From the sequence record MW879344.1: a stretch of DNA of 64,000 bases; one strand, given 5' to 3'. A model generated the notes under the pieces. It saw nothing but the letters and a program-made list of their open reading frames with translations, was not told where the DNA came from and ran no database searches. Of the stretch, positions 55,151 to 63,798 are shown in pieces. How positions within the stretch are numbered: the stretch's first letter is position 1; each line of letters begins with the position of its first letter. Both the position numbers and the translations under genes were made by a program.

Positions 55151-56629
55151 ATGAAAAACTTAAATGTAAACTTTATTCTTAATGTTGATTCTTACAAAAC
55201 TGGTCACGGTTTTATGATGAAAGATGGCGTTGTAGCTCTCGAATCAAACATCATTGCCCGTAAACCATCCAAATTCACTACACATGTTGTGATGATGGGT
55301 ATTCAGTACTACCTACAAGAGTACTTGGATATTGTTATCACTGTAGATGACATTGACGAAGCAGAACATGAAACAAACCAACGTGGTGATGATTTTGATC
55401 GCGGCTTTTGGGAGCATATTGTAGAAGTGCATGGTGGTAAAATTCCATTGCATATTCGTGCTATTCCAGAAGGTACATTGGTTCCTGTTGGTTGTCCTTT
55501 GGTACGTTCTTTCAGTACTGATGAACGTGTAGCAGTTATTGCAAGCTACATTGAAACTCAGTTACAACGTGCAATTTGGTTCCCAACAACTGTTGCAAGT
55601 AATGCTCGTAGCATTAAAGAATTTTTAGCAGATACTATGGAACGTCATGCTGGTCATCGTTTTGTAGATTATCATCTTCATAACTTCGGGGATCGTGGTG
55701 CATCAAGTTTCGAATCAGCAATTCTTGCTGGTATGTCACATGCAACTGTATTCAGTGGTTCTGATTGTTTATCTGCTAACCGTTACATCAAACATTACTA
55801 TAATACTGACAAATCATATTTGACCAGTGTTACTGCAAGTGAACATAGTGCAACTTGTTCTAACTCTGATGCAGACAAACGTGATGACTTCAATATGGCA
55901 GTCAAAATGGTTCGTTTGTGGGAGAAGAAAGTTGACAAGTACATTGCAAATGGTTCTGTTGGTGTACCACCAATTGTTTCAGTAGTAATCGATACTTACG
56001 ATGCGTACCGTTTCGTTCGTGATTATATCGGTACTCGGTTAAAAGCGACAATTGAAGAAATCGGGAAACGTTGCCCTGGTGCTAAACTTGTTATGCGTCC
56101 AGATAGTGGCGACCCAACAACTATGCCAATCGAAATCATCGAACTATTGATGGAAAAATTTGGTAGTACTGTAAATGCACAGGGATTCAAAGTACTTCCA
56201 GCATTTATCGGTGTTATCCAAGGTGATGGCATCAATGAAACCAGTATTCGTCAGATTGTTTCTAATCTAGATGACAAAAAACTTTCTATTGAAAACCTTG
56301 TTTTCGGTATGGGTGGTAAACTTGTTCATCCTGAAGCTGGTCGTGATACTTATTCTTTCGCAATGAAAGGATCTGCACAGCAACTTGAAGATGGTACTTG
56401 GGAAGATTTATTCAAAGACCCAATTACCGATGTTGGTAAACGTTCTCTCCGTGGTCGTGTAACGACTTATGAATGCACCAATACTCACAAAATCATTGCT
56501 GAGCGAATTGAATTACAAGAAGTCAATCCATTTTTGAAAGATATGATGGTTGATATGTACATTGACGGTGTTATCATGAATCTTAGTACTTTTGATGAAG
56601 TACGGGAACGTGCTAATAAAGGTCTATAA
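55151..56629 (+). CDS. nadV: Nicotinamide phosphoribosyltransferase (NadV/NAMPT)
   Basis: DSYKTGH, LHNFGDRG, ASEHS, VIDTYD, RPDSGDP, IQGDG, FGMGG..RDT..FAMK. Confidence 0.93.
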   Translation: MKNLNVNFILNVDSYKTGHGFMMKDGVVALESNIIARKPSKFTTHVVMMGIQYYLQEYLDIVITVDDIDEAEHETNQRGDDFDRGFWEHIVEVHGGKIPLHIRAIPEGTLVPVGCPLVRSFSTDERVAVIASYIETQLQRAIWFPTTVASNARSIKEFLADTMERHAGHRFVDYHLHNFGDRGASSFESAILAGMSHATVFSGSDCLSANRYIKHYYNTDKSYLTSVTASEHSATCSNSDADKRDDFNMAVKMVRLWEKKVDKYIANGSVGVPPIVSVVIDTYDAYRFVRDYIGTRLKATIEEIGKRCPGAKLVMRPDSGDPTTMPIEIIELLMEKFGSTVNAQGFKVLPAFIGVIQGDGINETSIRQIVSNLDDKKLSIENLVFGMGGKLVHPEAGRDTYSFAMKGSAQQLEDGTWEDLFKDPITDVGKRSLRGRVTTYECTNTHKIIAERIELQEVNPFLKDMMVDMYIDGVIMNLSTFDEVRERANKGL

Positions 56630-56721
56630 TATTTTGGGGGCTTTTGCCCCCTTCTTTTTAAGTTAAATAGAGTTATTAAAAGACAAATATAATCAATTTT
56701 ATAATTGAAAATGAGAAAAAT

Positions 56722-56922
56722 ATGAATATTTTTATGGCAGTACTAAGCATTTTCTGCTATATCTTTATAGGTTATCTGGCCTATCATGATCACAGAGAAA
56801 AGTTTAAAGAAGAACCAAATAAGAAAGTTAAGAAAGTACTTTATGCTACAACAGCGATAACATTATATGTTTTAATCGGATTCTTTTTAGCAGTACTTTT
56901 GTACTTGATTTTAACCATGTAA
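56722..56922 (+). CDS. Small membrane protein
   Basis: Two TM segments. Confidence 0.6.
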   Translation: MNIFMAVLSIFCYIFIGYLAYHDHREKFKEEPNKKVKKVLYATTAITLYVLIGFFLAVLLYLILTM

Positions 56923-56931
56923 GGGAGTATA

Positions 56932-57378
56932 ATGGCTGGAAAAGGATTTGTGGGTCTATCACTGGATATTGACCAAGCTAAAGAAATTCAAAGAATATTT
57001 AAAATTGCTGGTGTAGATTGCTTGACACCATCAAAATTTCATGTTACTGTTATGTACGATGAAGACGAGCCGGAAATTGATGTTCTTCCGAATGACAAAA
57101 AATATTCTGCAACTATTACTGGCGTTGAACGTCTTGGTAAAGTAGGTTCAAAATATGAAGCTATTGCACTAATATTGGAATCATCTGAAATTAGTCAACG
57201 GCATAAAGAACTAAAAAACGCTGGATTTAAACATAAATTTCCAGATTTTAAATGTCATATGAGTGTACTTTATCAACCATCAGATACCGATTTGGATTTG
57301 ATTGAATTGATATATAAACTTGGGGTATTACCAGAAGAATTGACATTTGGTAATGAACATTTAGGTAATACAAAATAA
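56932..57378 (+). CDS. acb1: 2H phosphoesterase, T4 gp57B/Acb1-like (anti-CBASS candidate)
   Basis: HVTV and HMSV 2H motifs with Acb1-like spacing; ALILES..RH..K..GFKHKFPDF..H.S..Y matches the gp57B pattern. Confidence 0.75.
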   Translation: MAGKGFVGLSLDIDQAKEIQRIFKIAGVDCLTPSKFHVTVMYDEDEPEIDVLPNDKKYSATITGVERLGKVGSKYEAIALILESSEISQRHKELKNAGFKHKFPDFKCHMSVLYQPSDTDLDLIELIYKLGVLPEELTFGNEHLGNTK

Positions 57379-57388
57379 GTAGGTTGTT

Positions 57389-57604
57389 ATGAAAAACGAC
57401 TTGAGCGATAATGAAAAACGACTGTACAGCGGGGCGTGGGTAGATGAACATTCTTGTGCAAATAATAAAGTGACATGTATACGTTGCTTTGGTAGTTACA
57501 TTATACGTGAAGCCCCACGCTCAGTACCAGGAACTGATGGATATTATATTAAAGAACCACAGTGTCCTCATTGTAAATGTCGTTTATATTTTTCACATCT
57601 ATAG
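57389..57604 (+). CDS. Small Zn-ribbon protein
   Basis: CIRC..CPHC. Confidence 0.65.
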   Translation: MKNDLSDNEKRLYSGAWVDEHSCANNKVTCIRCFGSYIIREAPRSVPGTDGYYIKEPQCPHCKCRLYFSHL

Positions 57605-57612
57605 GAATACAA

Positions 57613-58404
57613 ATGGAACTCGAAAGCTTTCTTTTAAATCGTGGACAACCACGCCTAGTATTTGCAACTGGTGCTGGATTATCAAAAGAATCTGGTATTA
57701 ATACTTTCCGTGACGCTGACGATGAAGGCTTGTGGGATCAGTACAATGTGGATGAGATTTGTAATATTGCAACTTTCCATATTAATTATCAAAAAGTACA
57801 TCATTTTTATAATATGCTTCGTGTAAATTTAGCAAATGTTGAACCAAATATTGGTCACCATATAATTGCTGAATACCAACAACTATATGGTCATGACCGT
57901 GTATTACATATTACTGCTAATGTTGATGATTTGGCAGAACGTGCTGGCGGTACAGCTATGCATGTTCATGGTAAACTGACTGAAGTGGTAGAACCATATA
58001 GTACCAATAGTGAGGATTATGAAGTACTGACCGTTGGTTATGAGAATTTCACCCCAACACCAGGAATTATTTCTAAACCAAATATTGTAATGTTTGGAGA
58101 AGGTTACTGGTTCACCGATGGTGTACGTAAACCAATTTATGATGATCTATATCGAGTACTTGATAATTTAACGTCACAAGATACCGTTATTATTATTGGA
58201 TCATCTGATACTGTAATTCCTTGGTCTGTGTATGTTGGTTTAGCTACACCTGCTGAAACACTTAATGTGAATCCAGAAGCCCATGAAAAAGATGATTACT
58301 TTACTTATAATATGTACCAACCAATAAGTAATTCAGTAACAATGATCGATCAGTACGTTCATTCCCGTATGGATCGTCCTGATTATAGCAATGAAGAATA
58401 CTAA
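57613..58404 (+). CDS. Sir2-family NAD-dependent enzyme (no Zn-binding cysteines)
   Basis: GAGLSKESGINTFRD, TANVDDL.ERAG, HVHG, KPNIVMFGE, IGSS. Confidence 0.9.
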   Translation: MELESFLLNRGQPRLVFATGAGLSKESGINTFRDADDEGLWDQYNVDEICNIATFHINYQKVHHFYNMLRVNLANVEPNIGHHIIAEYQQLYGHDRVLHITANVDDLAERAGGTAMHVHGKLTEVVEPYSTNSEDYEVLTVGYENFTPTPGIISKPNIVMFGEGYWFTDGVRKPIYDDLYRVLDNLTSQDTVIIIGSSDTVIPWSVYVGLATPAETLNVNPEAHEKDDYFTYNMYQPISNSVTMIDQYVHSRMDRPDYSNEEY

Positions 58405-58413
58405 GGTTATTTT

Positions 58414-59322
58414 ATGATAGGTTATGAAGAAATTGAATTTGGTACACGCTCAGATCGTTTTGACTGTGTATTCGTGTGGATTTACGCACGTAATTGCACC
58501 CCGTATACTGGCTACCCTTATAATGACATTCCAAATGTTAGTCTAGTACTAACAGAATTGCGATATGACGGTTTATTTGGAGCAGTGGGTGGAGCAGTAG
58601 AAGCAGATGATTTGAATCTAGAAGTTGCAGTACATCGTGAAGCAATGGAAGAAATTGCATATGATTTGCCTATTGAACGTTTAGAACCTCTGGCAACATA
58701 TAAAAATAAAATGAGTGGTTCTCATATTCATAGTTTCTCATTAGAAGTAACTTATGAAGAACTGCTTGAAATACGCAAGAACGCATATAACGGCGAGCAT
58801 TTTAATGCTGAGAATGCAGGTATTAATTTACTTCATATTTGTCGGTACTTAAAAGGTGGAAAAGTCGAATGTGGTTGGAATACAATTCTTGAACAGAATT
58901 TTGTTAGTACTTCTAAATTAGAACTAATGAAACTTGCTCGTACTAAAAATCTTGTCATTAATTATGTTGATGACAGTAAAGCTCATACGGGTTCTTACAA
59001 GATGTTTATTGATGATCTTCGTGATGTTGAACAGTACTATCCAAATGAAGAATTTGTTGTGGTACGTACATATCAAGAAGCTGTTCAATATGTAAAAGAA
59101 CATGGTATGCCATCTTTTGTGTCATTTGATCATGATTTGGGTGATACTGTTAACAAAGATGAAGAAACAGGATATACATTTGCTAAGTACTTAGTGGATT
59201 ATATGATGGATAATCGGATTGCAGTACCTTTCGAATATCATGTTCATAGTGCAAATCCAGTTGGTGCCATGAATATTATGTCCTATTTGGAAAACGCATT
59301 TAAATTTATTCGGAGTTTATAA
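58414..59322 (+). CDS. NUDT16-like Nudix hydrolase fused to a cyclic-phosphate-processing receiver-like domain
   Basis: ELRYDGLFGAVGG..REAMEEI; C-terminal MFIDDLRD..VVRTY..SFDHDLG..TGY..HSANPVG. Confidence 0.75.
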   Translation: MIGYEEIEFGTRSDRFDCVFVWIYARNCTPYTGYPYNDIPNVSLVLTELRYDGLFGAVGGAVEADDLNLEVAVHREAMEEIAYDLPIERLEPLATYKNKMSGSHIHSFSLEVTYEELLEIRKNAYNGEHFNAENAGINLLHICRYLKGGKVECGWNTILEQNFVSTSKLELMKLARTKNLVINYVDDSKAHTGSYKMFIDDLRDVEQYYPNEEFVVVRTYQEAVQYVKEHGMPSFVSFDHDLGDTVNKDEETGYTFAKYLVDYMMDNRIAVPFEYHVHSANPVGAMNIMSYLENAFKFIRSL

Positions 59323-59624
59323 TGAAACGCATGTTTTGGTCAGCATTGTTAGCTGCATTTATAGTTTGGGTAATTTCTTGGGCGGTAACTTCAGGTAAAA
59401 GTACTGAACACCAAAACGTATATTATAATACTGGACAAATTGTTGCATTGGGTCAATGTAAAGGTGGAGAATGTTCATACCAATATAAAGATAATACTGG
59501 CTCATTGCAATATGCAACATCATCAAAACCAGTTAGTTTAGGCCAACTGGTATATCAAGAATGTTGGTACGAGGAAGCAAAAGGAGATCGCTGCTACGTC
59601 GAGTACCAACCTAGCAAAAATTAA
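59322..59624 (+). CDS. Membrane-anchored hypothetical protein
   Basis: TAATG coupling; N-terminal TM. Confidence 0.7.
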   Translation: MKRMFWSALLAAFIVWVISWAVTSGKSTEHQNVYYNTGQIVALGQCKGGECSYQYKDNTGSLQYATSSKPVSLGQLVYQECWYEEAKGDRCYVEYQPSKN

Positions 59625-59696
59625 TGGTATTTTAGAGTATTAAATACTATTAGTTAATACAAAGTGTTATGCACACAAACTATAAAAAGGATGTTT

Positions 59697-61151
59697 ATGA
59701 AACGATATGTTCTTGACACAAACGTGATTCTTAGTGACCCACATGCAATTCTTGCATTTGAAGGTTCACATGTTATTCTTCCATTCACAGTACTAGAAGA
59801 ATTAGATTCCATTAAGAGTCGCAAAGTTGATATTAGTAGAGATGCACGTGTTGCGGTTCGCAATATTAGTGCTATTCTTGAAGGTGCAACTCATGAAGAA
59901 ATTGCCACCACTGGTGTTCCAATTTCACGTACTCACACCAATATTCACGAGGATACCCGTCTTTTTGTTCTAACCATTGAAGAACTTGATGCAATTAAAA
60001 CATTAACTGGAACTACTTCAGATGATGTTGAATATGCAAAAAATGAAACTCTACGTAATAGCACTGTACCAGATGATAAAATTATTCTAGTTGCAAAACT
60101 AAGTAATTCTGTACTAGTAACTCGTGATATTAATATGCGAATTAAAGCACTTGCATATGGTGTTGAAGTTCAAGATTATCGTCATGATGTAACAATCGAA
60201 GATTCTGATTTGATTCATACTGGTCACCATGAAGTTGAAGGTTCTATTTGGGATCGCCTTGGTACTGTTTATTCTGAACAACATGGCACCAAACTATTAC
60301 ACTTCGTACCAAAGGATCAAGTTGATTTCCTACCACCAAATATTTGTGTAGGCGATTTCGTTTATGACGAAGCTGATGTACTTTTTGTTTATGAAGGTGA
60401 AGGTGCACGTTTAGATGAGAATGATGAACCAATTGATGATGAGCAATATGTTGCCTTTATTGATGTTGGGCAATCTTCTGCACTAAATCGTAAAGTTTGG
60501 CATATCAAAGCTAAAAATATCCAACAAGCTATGGCAATTAACAGTATTATGGATAGTGATGTTCATATTACAGTACTATTAGGTTCAGCAGGTACTGGTA
60601 AGACTCTAATTACAATGGCATGTGCGTTAGATCTAGTAATGGAACTAAAGCATAAAAACAAACGTTATGAACGTATTATTTTCTCCAAAACCCAAGATTC
60701 CCAATTCGAAGATATTGGTTTCTTACCAGGTACTGAAATGGAAAAAGTAATGCCATTCTGTGGTGCGGCAGTTGACGCATTGGAATATCTACACAAAGAT
60801 GATGCAAATCCTCAAGGATCAATCGATGAGATTTTAAAACGTAATAAGTTTCAATTCAAAGCATTGAACTTCGTTCGTGGACGTAGTTTCATTAATACAA
60901 TTCTTATTGTAGATGAATTCCAAAATATTACTCCTGCACAAGCAAAAACCATTTTGACTCGTGCTGGTGAGAACTGTAAAGTAATCATTATGGGTAACTT
61001 ATCTCAGATTGACAATAAGTTTGTAAGTCCAACTAATAGTGGATTAACTTATGTTACTGAGAAGTTCAAAGATTGGGAAGGTTGTAGAATCATTGAACTA
61101 GAAGGTGTTGTTCGTTCACCACTAGCTGCTTTTGCAGAAGAAAATCTATAA
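59697..61151 (+). CDS. phoH: PhoH-family ATPase with N-terminal PIN domain
   Basis: VLDTNVIL, EELD, PDDKI, VTRDINMR; GSAGTGKT; RGRS; DEFQN; TRAGE; RSPLA. Confidence 0.93.
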   Translation: MKRYVLDTNVILSDPHAILAFEGSHVILPFTVLEELDSIKSRKVDISRDARVAVRNISAILEGATHEEIATTGVPISRTHTNIHEDTRLFVLTIEELDAIKTLTGTTSDDVEYAKNETLRNSTVPDDKIILVAKLSNSVLVTRDINMRIKALAYGVEVQDYRHDVTIEDSDLIHTGHHEVEGSIWDRLGTVYSEQHGTKLLHFVPKDQVDFLPPNICVGDFVYDEADVLFVYEGEGARLDENDEPIDDEQYVAFIDVGQSSALNRKVWHIKAKNIQQAMAINSIMDSDVHITVLLGSAGTGKTLITMACALDLVMELKHKNKRYERIIFSKTQDSQFEDIGFLPGTEMEKVMPFCGAAVDALEYLHKDDANPQGSIDEILKRNKFQFKALNFVRGRSFINTILIVDEFQNITPAQAKTILTRAGENCKVIIMGNLSQIDNKFVSPTNSGLTYVTEKFKDWEGCRIIELEGVVRSPLAAFAEENL

Positions 61152-61198
61152 TATTGTTGGGGATACTTATGTATCCCCTTTTTATTAAGGAAGAATAT

Positions 61199-61633
61199 AT
61201 GGAAATATATCTATCAGGAATAGTACTGAAATTAAATGAACCAAATCATAATGGTAGAATTTATTCACAGAAAGAAGTTTCAAAAAATATTAGTAATTTG
61301 CAAACTGATATATTAAGCGGGTCATTGCTTTCTGAAATTGATCCACTTGAGAGAACTACAACTATTAATTTAGATAATGTCGGTGGTTTAGTTGCACGGT
61401 TAGAAATTGTAAATGATAACTTAGAAAGTACTGTTCAAATATTACCAACGGTTCGAGGCCAGCAGCTTATTAGAATGTTGGAAGGTAATGGTGAAGTATT
61501 TTTAAGTTCTCGCGGTACTGGTCAAATTGATAGTGATGGAAATGTTACTAATTATGAATTAATTACAGTTGATATTTTACCATTCCACCTATGCGACGAC
61601 CCCGATAAAATTTGCAAAGTGATAGTGAAATAA
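61199..61633 (+). CDS. T4 gp21-like prohead protease paralog, possibly inactive
   Basis: NHNGRIYS, SSRGTG, ITVDI; SEIDP where active enzymes have GEL.HP. Confidence 0.65.
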   Translation: MEIYLSGIVLKLNEPNHNGRIYSQKEVSKNISNLQTDILSGSLLSEIDPLERTTTINLDNVGGLVARLEIVNDNLESTVQILPTVRGQQLIRMLEGNGEVFLSSRGTGQIDSDGNVTNYELITVDILPFHLCDDPDKICKVIVK

Positions 61634-61693
61634 TTGAAACAGCAGTGAAAATTGTGGTATAATGTACCCATAACAAAAGAGAAGGAAACAAAG

Positions 61694-61948
61694 ATGGCTA
61701 AGCAAAACGATAAAGATGTAAAAAGTACCCGCAAAGAACTTATGTACAAAAACGAGCAGCTTGAGAATCTATTAGAGCTACGCCGCAAGGGTATTCTAAC
61801 CCGTCAGCAGTTCCGTCTATTGACCTTTGATAAAGGTCTACAGGGCAGCACCAAGGGTTCTCCACTAATCGAAGTGTTCGAGTTGGAGAAACAAGGAAAG
61901 GGTAAACCAGTCCTTGTCCAAAAAGTTCGTCAATGGACTCGCACTTAA
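61694..61948 (+). CDS. Small basic protein with own sigma70 promoter
   Basis: TTGAAA(61634)-18-TATAAT(61658); SD AAGGA. Confidence 0.75.
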   Translation: MAKQNDKDVKSTRKELMYKNEQLENLLELRRKGILTRQQFRLLTFDKGLQGSTKGSPLIEVFELEKQGKGKPVLVQKVRQWTRT

Positions 61949-62076
61949 TTTCTGGCCTGTTTTGATATAAACAACATAAATAAGTTTACAATAATAAAAA
62001 TATTTTTGACTCCATGTTGTTTATATTACATTCTTTTAAGGCCACGCAATGTGGCCTTTTTTATTGGAAAAATAAA

Positions 62077-62802
62077 ATGATTAACAAAGAAGAAGTAAGT
62101 AAAGCAGCACGAGAAATTGTTCATCACATTATTCTAGATAATATCTATGGATATTTCGAAGAATTAGGTACACCAAATATTGTTGTGTACGGTTCATTCA
62201 TCGAAATGACTTCTGGTTTTGATGTGAAGCCAAATGATATTGATGTTACGATTGTACTTGATGGGGAGTTACCTGAACCACGTCATAAATCATTCTATTT
62301 AAACTTTGTTGAACTACCAATTAATGTAGAGTATATGAGTCGTGAATCATTTCAAAAAGAATTGCATTCATTTCAACCAAAGTACTTTATGTGCACAGCT
62401 ACTCCTGAACTAAGTGAAGAAATTGATTCTGTATGGAAGAATAAAGAAATTCACGAAGTACGTTCTGGTATAAGTTCAGTAACTTCCAAAGCCTTTGATA
62501 AAGGTCGTAAAAAACTACTAGTTGAAGATGACTATGATGAAGTACTAGGATTAAAAAATATCTATCATGCGTTTAAGTTTCCAATTTATGCTAAATGGCA
62601 TTTCTATCCAGAATTGGCTGAACGTGATTATATTACAGACATTCAGTACTTGAATGAGATTCATAAAGGAATTTATGAGGCTTACAATAATAGTACTGGC
62701 ACATTAGAAGAACGTTGTGCGGCGGTTGTACAATTTGCTAAACCACATCATTTATCATTGATGACTGGCTTCCGCATACTATTTCCTAAAAAGGTAGAAT
62801 AA
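62077..62802 (+). CDS. Pol-beta-superfamily nucleotidyltransferase
   Basis: VVYGS..NDIDVTIV. Confidence 0.7.
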   Translation: MINKEEVSKAAREIVHHIILDNIYGYFEELGTPNIVVYGSFIEMTSGFDVKPNDIDVTIVLDGELPEPRHKSFYLNFVELPINVEYMSRESFQKELHSFQPKYFMCTATPELSEEIDSVWKNKEIHEVRSGISSVTSKAFDKGRKKLLVEDDYDEVLGLKNIYHAFKFPIYAKWHFYPELAERDYITDIQYLNEIHKGIYEAYNNSTGTLEERCAAVVQFAKPHHLSLMTGFRILFPKKVE

Positions 62803-63014
62803 TGATAGTGTTTATAATTATTGGAATGGTTTTATTATTTCTATTTGGCCTCGCTGCTATTATTGGAAGTGTTATTATTCCAATGTATGTATGTGCATGG
62901 ACAGGAAAAGTATCAAAGGGTGAGATTGCAATCAGTATTATAATGTTTGTAATTGGTGCATTTTCATGGTACTATGTGTTTTCTCATATGAGTCTCAACA
63001 TAGGTATTAGTTAA
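62802..63014 (+). CDS. Small membrane protein
   Basis: TAATG coupling; two TM segments. Confidence 0.6.
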   Translation: MIVFIIIGMVLLFLFGLAAIIGSVIIPMYVCAWTGKVSKGEIAISIIMFVIGAFSWYYVFSHMSLNIGIS

Positions 63015-63151
63015 TGGGTGAAATTATTTTTGCATTAATTGAATGTTTAGTTGAATTAATGTGTATGGGTGCAGCAGGATTTTGGATTGTTATGTGTATT
63101 TTAGCAATTGCTGCTGTTGCTGGTTTTGGTTATTGGGCATATATTTGTTAA
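63014..63151 (+). CDS. Small membrane protein (45 aa, not in ORF track)
   Basis: TAATG coupling; hydrophobic. Confidence 0.5.
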   Translation: MGEIIFALIECLVELMCMGAAGFWIVMCILAIAAVAGFGYWAYIC

Positions 63152-63228
63152 GGAATTAAAATGATATTACTTATAAAAGGGCGAATGACTTTCCGATTAT
63201 GAATTTTTAATCATAATAAGGAGGACAT

Positions 63229-63771
63229 ATGTTCTTTAAGCAAAAATTTAAAATCTGCTATGATAATGGCAATTTCGTAGAAGTTGATGATTTATTAGGA
63301 TATATTGGTTACACTTACGGTGCAGCCGAAGCATTCTACCAAAGAATGAAATTCACTGTTAAAATTGATAAAAGTAGCTTCTGGTCATATTCACATTCAA
63401 GTATGAATGATTTGGTTCAAACATTTTACTTATTCACTGAAAACAATATCATGATTTCTCCTGAATTGTTTAAAGGTGAGTACTTAAAATATCGTAATCT
63501 AGAAACTCAAATTTGGCACAGAAATCGTTTATATTCAATGAAACAATGGCGTCATTTCAATTATCGTCGCAGTCATACGACTACCTATGATCGTCGTATG
63601 GAAACTATCGCAGAACGCCGAGCTATTGCTGGTGTTGTGAAAGAAGAAGGTGAACCAGAATTTCGTGGTCGCCGCCGTTGTATTCCTAATCCGTGGGATG
63701 ATATAATGGCTCGTCGCAGTCTTTCTTGGAAAGATTGTACAAAAAGAAAACGTCAATATAAAGGAAGCTAA
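63229..63771 (+). CDS. Hypothetical basic protein
   Basis: SD AGGAGG; C-terminal PNPWDD..SWKDCTKRKRQY. Confidence 0.75.
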   Translation: MFFKQKFKICYDNGNFVEVDDLLGYIGYTYGAAEAFYQRMKFTVKIDKSSFWSYSHSSMNDLVQTFYLFTENNIMISPELFKGEYLKYRNLETQIWHRNRLYSMKQWRHFNYRRSHTTTYDRRMETIAERRAIAGVVKEEGEPEFRGRRRCIPNPWDDIMARRSLSWKDCTKRKRQYKGS

Positions 63772-63798
63772 ATGCTTCCTTTTTTCTTAGGAAAAATC

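Noticed and set aside
1755-63756. Most minus-strand and nested short ORFs in the track
   Set aside because: Shadows of well-supported + strand genes with no RBS or protein-like signature; only 52321-53226 is accepted.
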